Positions 8,936-17,899 of a stretch of 21,279 nucleotides of DNA are shown here, in pieces; position 1 is the stretch's first letter; each line of letters begins with the position of its first letter. Below the pieces are notes generated by a model. The model made no database searches, was not told where the DNA came from, and saw only the letters and a program-made list of their open reading frames with translations. Both the position numbers and the translations under genes were made by a program. The DNA comes from Octopus sinensis (Eukaryota): NCBI RefSeq assembly GCF_006345805.1, contig NW_021823769.1, forward strand, positions 1 through 21,279, in the 5' to 3' direction.

Positions 8936-9080
8936 ATTTTTTTTTTACTTGTTTCAGTCATTTGACTGTGGCCATGCTGGAGCACCGCCTTTAATCGAGC
9001 AACTCGACCCCGGGACTTATTCTTTTGTAAGCTCAGTACTTATTCTATCGGTCTCTTTTGCCGAACCGCTAAGTAACGGG

Positions 9081-9082
<2 letters not shown>
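8936..9082 (-). mobile_element. SINE family 1, 3' fragment
   Basis: TTACTTGTTTCAGTCATTTGACTGTGGCCATGCTGGAGCACCGCC...CTTTTGCCGAACCGCTAAG; homologous to the other family 1 copies. Confidence 0.85.
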
Positions 9083-9118
<36 letters not shown>

Positions 9119-9139
9119 GCACATACATTTCTCTCTCTC

Positions 9140-9146
9140 TCTCTTG

Positions 9147-9220
<74 letters not shown>
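9140..9220. repeat. (CTAT)n microsatellite
   Basis: Direct reading. Confidence 0.95.
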
Positions 9221-9221
<1 letters not shown>

Positions 9222-9229
9222 GGTCTAAA

Positions 9230-9378
9230 AGTTTAGCACAAGGTTACCATACGTGTGGAAGGGGTTAACGTCGATTACATCGACCCCTGTGTTCGACTGG
9301 TACTTATTTTAGTGACCAAGAGAAAATGAAAGGCAAATTTGACCTCAGCGGAATTTGAACTCCGAACGAAAAGACAGA
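9230..9378 (-). mobile_element. SINE family 2, diverged fragment
   Basis: GTCGATTACATCGACCCC...CTGGTACTTA...ATGAAAGGCAAATTTGACCTCAGCGGAATTTGAACTC; homologous to 16391-16604 and 20610-20842. Confidence 0.7.
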
Positions 9379-9512
9379 TATATATATATATATCCGCATT
9401 AGACTTCTCACTCATACTATTATCGAACCGAGAGTCTAACAGCGGTCCTTCCGTAGCACTTATATAGCCTTACCTGCCTTTTGGGTCTTCTGGATACTAG
9501 AATTTCTCAAAG

Positions 9513-9548
<36 letters not shown>

Positions 9549-9617
9549 ATGAACAATAAGGGTGGCTTCTTAGTAATTTTACAACCAAAAGACTAAAATA
9601 CATACGTCACTAAAGCA

Positions 9618-9816
9618 ACTGAGGGCACTATTCGGCAGCAGTATTGCTAGAAATAAGAGTGAAAACGACTCGTAGCTACAACAACGCACCACTGACGAGC
9701 GTTAATGTAAACGTGAAATCATTGGTGATCTGGCTCTGCTCGGTGCTTGTCAGTAAATCATATTGTGGCTATGACTGTTATTTCCAGCAATACTGGTGCT
9801 GAATACTGCCCTCAGT
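9618..9816. mobile_element. 199-bp element with 39-bp TIRs enclosing a hammerhead ribozyme
   Basis: 9618-9656 versus the reverse complement of 9778-9816 match at 35/39. No confident target-site duplication (TSD). Confidence 0.8.
9682..9749 (+). ncRNA. Type I hammerhead ribozyme, canonical core, AUC cleavage site
   Basis: CCA | CUGACGA (9692-9698) | GCGUU-AAUGUA-AACGU | GAAA (9715-9718) | UCA-UUGG-UGA | UC^ (9729-9730) | UGG. Distal stem I is CAA-C-GCA / UGC-UUG, beyond a 10-nt bulge. Confidence 0.8.
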
Positions 9817-9821
9817 CACTA

Positions 9822-10033
9822 TATTCTTTTATTTGTTTCAGTTACTTGACTGCGGCCATGCTGGAGCACTGCCTTTAGTTGAGCAATTCGAGCAAATCGA
9901 CCTCAGGACTTATTCTTTGTAAGCCTAGTACTTATTCTATCGTTCTCTTTTGCCGAACCGCTAGTTTACGGGGACGTAAACACACCAGCATCCGTTGTCA
10001 AGCGATGTTAGTGGTGGTGGGGGACAAACACAG
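9822..10033 (-). mobile_element. SINE family 1, 3' half
   Basis: Homologous to 836-1080, 4020-4235 and 8936-9082. It stops at GGGACAAACACAG, directly abutting LINE sequence. Confidence 0.85.
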
Positions 10034-11085
10034 GGGGTATCCTGTGCTGACAACAAATGAATACAAAAATCACCATGATAGGTTAGGACAGTATTTACAT
10101 TGGAAAATATGTAAACACTACAAAATCAGCTCTCCTGCTTACTGGTATGAATATCATCCTGAGCCAGTCGTTGAAGGTAAAAGCGTCACTATCCTCTGGG
10201 ATTTTCCACACGGCACCGACAGAACGATCTAGGCTAATCGACCAGACACAATTACCAAAGAAAGGAAAATACTTGTAGACTAATAGAACTATTCCCACTG
10301 ATAAAAATACATCTGTAAAGGAATTTGACAAATTAAGGAATCATAAGGACCTGTAAATTGAAATACAAAAGATGTGGCATCTTAAAGCGAAAACTGTTCC
10401 TGTTATTGTAAGTGCCCTAGGTATGATAAAAAAAAAGGAATGTCAGATTATAACATCTCTTGTCCTTCACTTGCCCTGGGAAGCTGAGTATGTCTCGGGA
10501 AGTGATTGTAACAAACAAGCAGATTAAATGCCCTGATGCAGTACCGGTCACTAGCTCTCATGTCTTCTGATCTAAACTGACTGGAAGCGTTATCATGCAC
10601 ATTGTTTTGTCTTGGTATAAAAGATGGGCTACAGCAAATATTCTGCTCAATACCACAGATTTGCTTGTCAGTTGTTTGGCCTTAACTAGTTGAGCATGTC
10701 CCTTTTTGGCTGATATTATGTGCATTTCTGATCACGAGCAGAATTAGTGGTGGAGTATCATAGCTATGTGTTGAGAGGAATTATTTGGGGTTTGGATAAT
10801 TCACCACTGGAAACAAGGGTGTTTCGTTCAACATCCTTAAATAACACTTATTCAGGGACCTTTTGAGCAGGATGGGCTACTCGACTTGAAGAAAATTCTA
10901 ACTGAGCCCCACCTGCAAAGACATGCGCTGTTTATCTTGATATGAGATCACCACATCGCGCACATATGGTTGTGATGCATGTGCCTGGTGTACCTTTAAC
11001 AGACGGGTAGAAGTGATGGGTATATTTGGCTTCGTAAATTTTATCCCAGTGTTACTTTGATTGCCTGCATTGCTGCCTCACTCTG
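10034..11085 (+). mobile_element. R4/Dong-like LINE fragment, family D2, with probable long 3' UTR
   Basis: PVLTTNEYKNHHDRLGQYLHWKICKHY..WYEYHPEPVVEG..TILWDFP..TDRTI*ANRPD..EFDKL..KMWHLKAKTVPVIVSALGMIKK. About 630 bp of non-coding sequence follows and ends in TAATAAT; calling it the UTR is inference. Confidence 0.75.
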
Positions 11086-11092
11086 TAATAAT

Positions 11093-12126
11093 AGAAAGTT
11101 CCTAACGGTGCATGGAGCTCATCAACCATGTGTAGACACTAATCACCTATACATTGAGAGAGCAAATGGAGGAAGGGGACTGAAACGTTGCTAGTGACAG
11201 TTAGGAACGAGGGAGTATTGAGAGCAGAAAAAAAGGAAAACAAAAGCAGAAATACAAGAAGGACATGAAGAAGAATTGCGCGAGAAGGAACTACACAATT
11301 AATTCATGTAGCCACAACAGAAGTTGCGGGATAAAATAGGTGGGATTGACTGAAGAAAGGAACTCTAAAAAAAGAGACCGAGGGCACTATACTGACAGTG
11401 CAAGACCACGCTTTGGCCATGAACTGGAGGGTCAACCTTAGGAATGAGCAAGTGTCCCCGCTGTGCCGCATCTGCAATGGAGTGGAGGAAACCATTGGCC
11501 ATATCACGAAAGAACGCCTTAGGCTTGCCTAAAATCACAAGTTGTGGCGGCACGACCAGGTAACGAAAGTGCTACATTGGAAACTGTGCAATAAGTGAGG
11601 GTTAGAGGGAGGCAAGATATGGTATGAGCACAAATCGCAGAGAGTAACGGAGTCTGGGACTAGCAAAATCCTCTTGATTTCCCAATCCAAACAGATCAGG
11701 TGCTGGAGTATAACAGACCGGACCTCGTGGTGGTGAACAAGGTGCACCACATATGCTACATAGTTGATGTTTCATGTCCATTTGACCCACGAATAGTCAA
11801 GAAGGAAGGCAAAAAGATAGATAGATACAACCCCCTTAAGTACGAAATAGCCCAGCTATGGAAAGTGAAGAAGATGAAGATGGTGCCAATTATTGTTGAG
11901 TCCTTGGGAACAGAATCAGAAGGCATCAAAGGGAATATAAAGGAAATTGAAATAGAGTGCCCCATAGAACTGTTACAAAAGGCTTGCCTCCTTTGCACGG
12001 CCAGAATAATCAGGAAAGTATTAGATAGCCGAAAAGAACGAATAGCATGGTGCCGTATGCTGCAGGTAGTAAACCAGCTATGCATGCAAGACTCTAGGAA
12101 TTCCAACAAAACCTGTGATAAAGGAA
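11093..12126 (+). mobile_element. R4/Dong-like LINE fragment, family D3, decayed
   Basis: RKFLTVHGAHQP..LYIERANGGRGL (end of reverse transcriptase), WDxLKKGTLKKETEG, CRICNGVEETIGHI, RHDQVTKVLHWKLC, YNRPDLVVV..IVDVSCPFD..YNPLKYEI..LLQKACLLCTARIIRKVL (ORF 11700..12131). Ends in AATAATAATA. Confidence 0.85.
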
Positions 12127-12136
12127 AATAATAATA

Positions 12137-12450
12137 AAACAAGTGGGTGTATTCCACCGTAACTAGGTAAATAGAATCTTCGAACGGAGACGGTCAGTAG
12201 CGACACCTGTAGGTCTGACTACGCTGCATTGAGAAGGGGCAACAACCCTGAAACATGTCTGTAGCTGTCGGACTAGCAGGTTGAAGCGGCTGACCTCCCC
12301 TGTTCGAAGGTTTAATAACGGACGCAGTTTGTGTGTCAAGTAGCTAGCTTGAGGCGATGGCTTCATGGAGCTAATCAGCGACAGCTTTATTCTTATTTTT
12401 AAGAATGCCATATTAGTATGGCGATAACTATTAATAATGAAAGTAATAAC
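12137..12450 (+). mobile_element. About 310-bp non-coding HHR-bearing element between a TAA tail and an (ATG)/(TAA) tract
   Basis: Starts right after the D3 (TAA)3 tail. Contains a rod fold (12178-12309) and a 3' hairpin GCCATA-TTAG-TATGGC (12407-12422). Boundaries are inferred from the flanking repeats. Confidence 0.55.
12205..12281 (+). ncRNA. Type I hammerhead ribozyme with the compensatory U3-A8 core and a GUC site
   Basis: GCUGCA | UUGAGAA (12229-12235) | GGGG-CAACAA-CCCU | GAAA | C-AU-G | UC^ (12258-12259) | UGUAGC. Stem I extends as ACCUG-UAG-GUCUGAC / GUCGGAC-UAG-CAGGU. Confidence 0.75.
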
Positions 12451-13382
12451 CATAATGATGATGATGATGATGATAATGATGATAATAATAATAATAGACT
12501 AGGTATATAACCATATCTATATATTTGTATTTATCAGTCTATCAGCTTCTGTCTGTCCGCCTGTGTTCTTGTATGTCTGCCTGTCTATCTATTCATATAT
12601 ATATATATATGTATGTATGTGTGCTTGCGTGTTCATAGGTATACTTACATATATGCTTAAATATTTATGCAACAAATACTAATGTCGTGTACGTACATAC
12701 ATACATACATACATACATACACACATACGCACATACACACACAAGCATACACGCACATAATAAACTAGTGGACTAATAATCAATCCATACAGTTTAACTC
12801 CCGAAGATAATCATCAATCGTTTATTCATATGCAAGTTATTGAGGTGACAGTCTGCTTCATACAAATTGCTATTTTCATGCCTGATAGAATTCACCTGAA
12901 GATATTCCATGATATGATTATCATATCTCTGTCTAGGTATGTATGTATGTACGGACATATATATATGTAACAAAAGAACACAACATTGGGATTCAATATT
13001 CATAACAGTTGTTTCGGCAAGTGTTTATTGCTGCACTCTTAACAAAAATCATAGCGAAAATCTGCCATCATCAGGTAAATTTGAAACACCTAAGGTAGAA
13101 AAAGAAGCGTCATCAGTTCACCCGGAGAAAATTGTTGGTGAACGGATTAACGTCTGCTACTACCTTACCTTTCGACTATTTCCAGAGGTATGGCAAGGAG
13201 CCGAATTCTTTCTGCCATACGTATGGCCCTCCAGTAGCAACTATCTCCAGCCAGGATTTGATCTTTGATCACAGCCTCACATAGTCGTCTGAATCGAGGT
13301 GTTGGATTAATTTCGGCGTGCGGACGCGGAACGCTTACTGTGTCTTTTCTTGCTGACCTCAGTTTTGTAGTCTCCGTTGCAG

Positions 13383-13484
13383 CTGTCGATGTCAGGTCTT
13401 ACAGCCTTTACAATTTTAACAGAGCATTGAGCAACAGTCATGTTGTCGGCATTTTGATTCCTGGCGCGAATCATCAAGATATCG
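13383..13484 (+). CDS. Candidate isolated 102-nt phase 1-1 exon (VDVRSYSLYNFNRALSNSHVVGILIPGANHQDI)
   Basis: Pyrimidine-rich acceptor ...TTTTGTAGTCTCCGTTGCAG| and donor G|GTAAGT, with an open frame. No recognised homolog. Confidence 0.25.
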
Positions 13485-14039
13485 GTAAGTCTTATTCCAA
13501 TACTTAGATGGCTTTCAGTCTTTGATCTCAGTTAACTTTTTCTAAATTACGTCTTTAATCTTTATGCTCTCCAACGCCGTTGATTGTTCAATGATATATC
13601 AAACTATTCTTGAAAAAGAAGGCATAAAATGTTATAAAATTTAATCCGAACTCCCTGTATACTCCGCAAGTCTCACACTCTCTCGAGCTTATCATTGAGA
13701 GCACAGGATCTATTTAACACTTTGACAGGGGCACGTGTTGATATGACAGCAGGATATGTCTACACACCAGTGAACCTGTGCGAGATCTCCTCTAAGCCTT
13801 TTAAGCCTTAGCCATAGAACCATCCTGTAGTACTTGATCTAAAACTGGATCCCTTCGACATGATCGAATAGCCAATCGCAACCAGTCGGGATTCACAGTA
13901 CAGACTGTAGTAGTCGTCCTTTCAATCGCTGAACACAAAACGTGGCTCGCGAGCCCTCTGATCGGGTGTTTTTTGCTGCGTCACCCTTCTGGGTTAGCAT
14001 CTCATCCTTGTACACCAAACTGTTGTGAGGGTCCTTGTT

Positions 14040-14165
14040 TCCAGCTGAGTGGATTGGAGCAACGTGAAATGAAGTGCTTTGATCAAGAAAACAACGCACG
14101 GCCAGCTTGGAAATCGAAACCATGACCTCGTGATCTAGACTGCAACACTTTAACCAGTAGGCATT
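14040..14165 (-). mobile_element. SINE family 3, diverged 5' fragment
   Basis: CCAGCTGAGTGGATTGGAGCAACGTGAAATGAAGTGC...GGAAATCGAAACC; homologous to 16731-16860. Confidence 0.7.
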
Positions 14166-14367
14166 CATAGGTATTGTTACATCAAACCAGAGCTGACGTG
14201 GGAGTACTTGTAACTGAGGAGTAACTTCATACTCTACAAACTTCTTACCTGGAGTGTCAGCACTGGATGCAATTAAATGTCTGGCTCAAGAAACAGACAC
14301 ACCTACACGTCCATTTATTCCACTAATAAATACAACTGAAAATGGCATGACCATTCTTCTAGCCGCT

Positions 14368-14369
<2 letters not shown>

Positions 14370-14451
<82 letters not shown>

Positions 14452-14649
14452 ATATATATATCTATCTATATATCTATCTATCTATTTTTTTTGTTCTTTT
14501 CTTCCCTTTTACGATCCCTCTTGATCGAAAACCTACGCCCCCCTTTTTTTAATTTCTTTTGTTTTTTGTTTTTTTCATCCCCCAAAAGAAAAGCTCTACC
14601 TTGTAACTTGTCCCATCTGTGTCCAGCCCTGTGTGGCCAATAAAGAAAC

Positions 14650-14748
<99 letters not shown>

Positions 14749-14796
14749 CCCACCTACATATCTATCTATCTACCTACCTACTTACCTACTACCTTC

Positions 14797-14834
<38 letters not shown>

Positions 14835-14881
14835 CTCTATCTATCTCTCTATCTATCTATCTCTATCTATCCATCTCCCTC

Positions 14882-14928
<47 letters not shown>

Positions 14929-14975
14929 CTCTATCTATCTCTCTATCTATCTATCTCTATCTATCCATCTCCCTC

Positions 14976-15060
<85 letters not shown>
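14370..15060. repeat. (TATC)n arrays interrupted by a roughly 180-bp insert
   Basis: Direct reading. The end of the insert (TTGTCCCATCTGTGTCCAGCCCTGTGTGGCCAATAAAGAAA, about 14608-14648) resembles the SINE family 2 tail at about 20800-20840. Confidence 0.9.
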
Positions 15061-15061
<1 letters not shown>

Positions 15062-15383
15062 GGCCAACATTAACACATATAAATTGATTAACAGTCTTGC
15101 ATTTCGTTCTTCATCCCGTGTTTCCGATTTCATATTCTGATGGCATCGACTTTAGATTATATAGCTCCGAGATTAATAAATTCCAATAATTGATTTATTT
15201 GAATACATTTCTACCCTAGAAAATTTCGCTTTCAGTGTCAGAAATCAATAATCCTTCGAAGAAGAGTGGAACTGGTCGGCAGTGATAGTATAGTGGTGGA
15301 ACTAAATGGTTTGGTTACAACACTTTATCATCCAAGTTCAAATTCTTTGCAATCTGACTTTATCTGGAATCTATCCGCATCGG

Positions 15384-15683
15384 ATCATCATCATCATCAT
15401 CATCATCAACATCACCACCACCACCACCACCACCACCACCACCACCACCACCACCACCACCACCATCACCATCATCACCACAACCACCACCATCCCATCA
15501 CCACCATCATCATCATCCTCATCATTATTATCATCATCATCATCATCATCATCATCACCACCACCACCACCACCACCACCCACCACCACCACCACACTAC
15601 AACCATCACCATCATCACCACAACCACCACCATCCCATCACCAGCATCATCATCATCATCATCATTATTATCATCATCATCAT

Positions 15684-15724
<41 letters not shown>
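15384..15724. repeat. Compound (ATC)/(ACC)/(TAA) trinucleotide array
   Basis: Direct reading; source of the poly-His/Thr/Ile ORFs. Confidence 0.95.
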
Positions 15725-15726
<2 letters not shown>

Positions 15727-16010
15727 TCCAGATGCCATGAAACCCTAAAATAGCAGAAATTCAAAAGATAGTGCTCATGGGAACTGCTCATATCCTACGC
15801 AAAATACTTTCTATGTAATCTCAAGTTTTAAAACAAACATAATCTTCGTATGGTTTTTTAGACATTCACTAGTACAACACTAAGTACAAAACCAAATATA
15901 TGGCACCCTAGGCATAACACCAGCATGAACTTTCAACTTGTTGTCTCTTGAGGTCTCTGGGTGAGACTTGGAGCCAACTTGTACAAATGTAAAGCAAAAG
16001 TCAAGCATAG
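15725..16010 (+). mobile_element. 3' end of an R4/Dong-like LINE, family D4, between (TAA)n tracts
   Basis: KIAEIQKIVLMGTAHILRKILSM* followed by about 190 bp of 3' UTR and then (AAT)n. Confidence 0.8.
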
Positions 16011-16029
16011 AATAATAATAATAATAATA

Positions 16030-16093
<64 letters not shown>

Positions 16094-16390
16094 TATATTA
16101 ATAATAATAATACAAATGCCTTCTTATCGACGTACCAGTCCCAACAGATGACAATGTATTCTTTAAAGAAAAGGAGATACTGTCAAAATACAAAGATCTG
16201 GAAACAGAGATAACCCTAATGTGGAGCCTGAAAGCAGAAACAATCCCTATAATAACAGGTGCATTAGGTGATTAACAATACATAATAAAAACATCAGTAC
16301 TTATGAATATATATCTATGAGAAAATAGCACTACGAGGCACTTTCACTATAGTGAAAATAACAACATCAAAGCAAACCACAGCACATATC

Positions 16391-16604
16391 TTTTTTTTCT
16401 ACTCTAGGCACAAGGCCCGAAAATTTGGGGGAGGGGCTAGTCGATTAGATCGACCCCAGTACGCATCTGGTACTTAATTTATCGACCCCGAAAGGATGAA
16501 AGGCAAAGTCTACTTCGGCGGAATTTGAACTTAGAACGTAAAGACAGACGAAATACCGCAAAGCATTTGCCCGGTGTGCTAACGTCTCTGCCAGCTTGCC
16601 GCCT
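16391..16604 (-). mobile_element. SINE family 2, near full length
   Basis: Reverse-strand head AGGCGGCAAGCTGGCAGAGACGTTAGC, B-box AGTTCAAATTCC, and body CTTTGCCTTTCATCCTTTCGGGGTCGATAAATTAAGTACCAG. Confidence 0.85.
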
Positions 16605-16866
16605 TTTAATAAATAAATGTTCCTTCTCGAGCCATGCCAGGCTTATAAGGGCCGGTTTCCAGGTTTTAGTGGCGTAGAAATTCCCCACCTTGTACGGGAC
16701 GCCGGTCCGTCGCAGGATTACTCATTTTTACCAGCTGAGTGGACTGGAGCAATGTGAAAATGAAGTGTTTTGCTCAAGAACACAACGCATCACCCGGTCC
16801 AGGAATCGAAACCACAACCTTACGATCATGAGTTCAACACCCTAACCACTGAGCCACGCGCCTCCA
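16605..16866 (-). mobile_element. SINE family 3 (V-SINE-like), full length
   Basis: Reverse-strand head TGGAGGCGCGTGGCTCAGTGGTTAGG...GGTTTCGATTCCTGG. Central CCTGCGACGGACCGGCGTCCCGTACAAGG resembles the V-domain as I recall it. Confidence 0.8.
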
Positions 16867-16906
16867 CAAATCACAGCACGTGATAAAAATCAAAATAACA
16901 ACAATA

Positions 16907-17460
16907 ATTTGTGATGAAGCAATGGCACACATTTTTGTAGAAAGCTCTAAGTTGGTCCAGGGTGGAGATTTAAGAAAAGGCGGCACGATCAAGTTGTAAA
17001 AATTTTGCATTGGAGACTGTCAGAAATTGAGATTTGAAATTTGAAGCACTTGGTATGAACATCAAATATAATGAGTGCTTGGGGGAGTTGGAAAAATGCA
17101 AGATTTTTTAAGGATTTTCCCAATACAAGTGGATAAGAATTTAGAACATAACAGGCCAGATATTACGTGGAAAATCGAATTCGCTTGCTGATTGATCCAT
17201 CATGCCCATTTCAGCATTTCAGGACAGTGAACAATGCTGAAAAGTCGAAAAAATACAACCCCTTAAAATTTGAGATTGCGTGGATTTGGAACATGGGATC
17301 TGTAAAGATTGTACCTCTGATAATTGGCGCATTAGGGGCTGGGAGTGTTAACATAGAGAAAGGCTTAAAGGAGATTCGAATGGAATGTCCTGTAAAGCTT
17401 CTACAGAAGCTTTGCCTCTTGAAGACATGGAATATTATCTGAAGTGTTTTGAGGACTTGA
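16907..17460 (+). mobile_element. Highly decayed R4/Dong-like LINE fragment related to D3
   Basis: RHDQVVKILHWRL..WYEH..HNRPDIT..LLIDPSCPF..KYNPLKFEIAWIWNM..VPLIIGALG..ECPVKLLQKLCLL (ORF 17167..17442). Confidence 0.8.
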
Positions 17461-17496
17461 TTGCTTGTTAAAAATCATGTGGATATCTAAGCGCTG

Positions 17497-17899
17497 GGAT
17501 CTTTTCGGTTTGAACGGCAGTTTTTAAGCTAACTAAAAAATTTTAAACTTCGTATACTGGTAGAATGTGTTTATAAAACATCTTTTTCTCTTGGCTTTAT
17601 TGAGAAAATTCTATAGTTTGTAAGATATTTGTTGTTTTTTTCCCTTCAATTTCTGCAATTTAAACCAATCAATGACGTCCATTGAAGTAAAAAAACATTC
17701 TGTGCCGTATGACTATGTCCCTCGTTTAAGAAACAGATTGGGTTTATTTACATTTGTGAAGAAAAAAAAGATACCCTTCCCCACACCCCTAACCCTAAAA
17801 CAGATTGAAATGCAATAGATCGATACTAGGGCCATAATTATGGGTGACAATTTTATATGACAACGCTAGGAAAAACTGCCGTTCAAACCGAAAAGATCC
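17497..17899. mobile_element. 403-bp MITE with perfect 29-bp TIRs and an 8-bp TSD (Merlin-like)
   Basis: TIR GGATCTTTTCGGTTTGAACGGCAGTTTTT (17497-17525) is the exact reverse complement of 17871-17899. Flanks are AAGCGCTG (17489-17496) and AAGTGCTG (17900-17907). Confidence 0.9.

Larger units (their letters stand above)
16112..16906 (+). mobile_element. Diverged D1-family LINE 3' fragment, split by SINEs
   Basis: KCLLIDVPVPTDDNVFFKEKEILSKYKDLETEITLMWSLKAETIPIITGALG. The UTR motif CAAA(C/T)CACAGCAC also occurs at 2854-2866. The fragment resumes at 16867 and ends AATAACAACAATAAT. Confidence 0.75.

Noticed and set aside
9465-9500. Minus-strand donor CAG|GTAAGG
   Set aside because: Only a tiny upstream segment without a credible acceptor.
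10805-10860. Minus-strand CUGAAUA...GAAAC..GUU HHR-like string in the D2 UTR
   Set aside because: Core is defective at G8, stem II is poor and stem I does not pair.
11353-11380. CTGAAGA core-like heptamer
   Set aside because: LINE coding sequence (LKKG); no stem II-GAAA arrangement.
13050-13125. Two minus-strand CTGATGA motifs
   Set aside because: Neither is followed by GAAA at the right position after a hairpin.
15270-15360. Possible ancient SINE head (AAGTTCAAATTC); similar relic at 18415-18480
   Set aside because: Too diverged to support beyond a B-box-like match.
14254-15748. Long ORFs of YLSI repeats and poly-His/Thr/Ile
   Set aside because: Translations of (TATC)n and (ACC)/(ATC)/(TAA)n arrays; no coding evidence.
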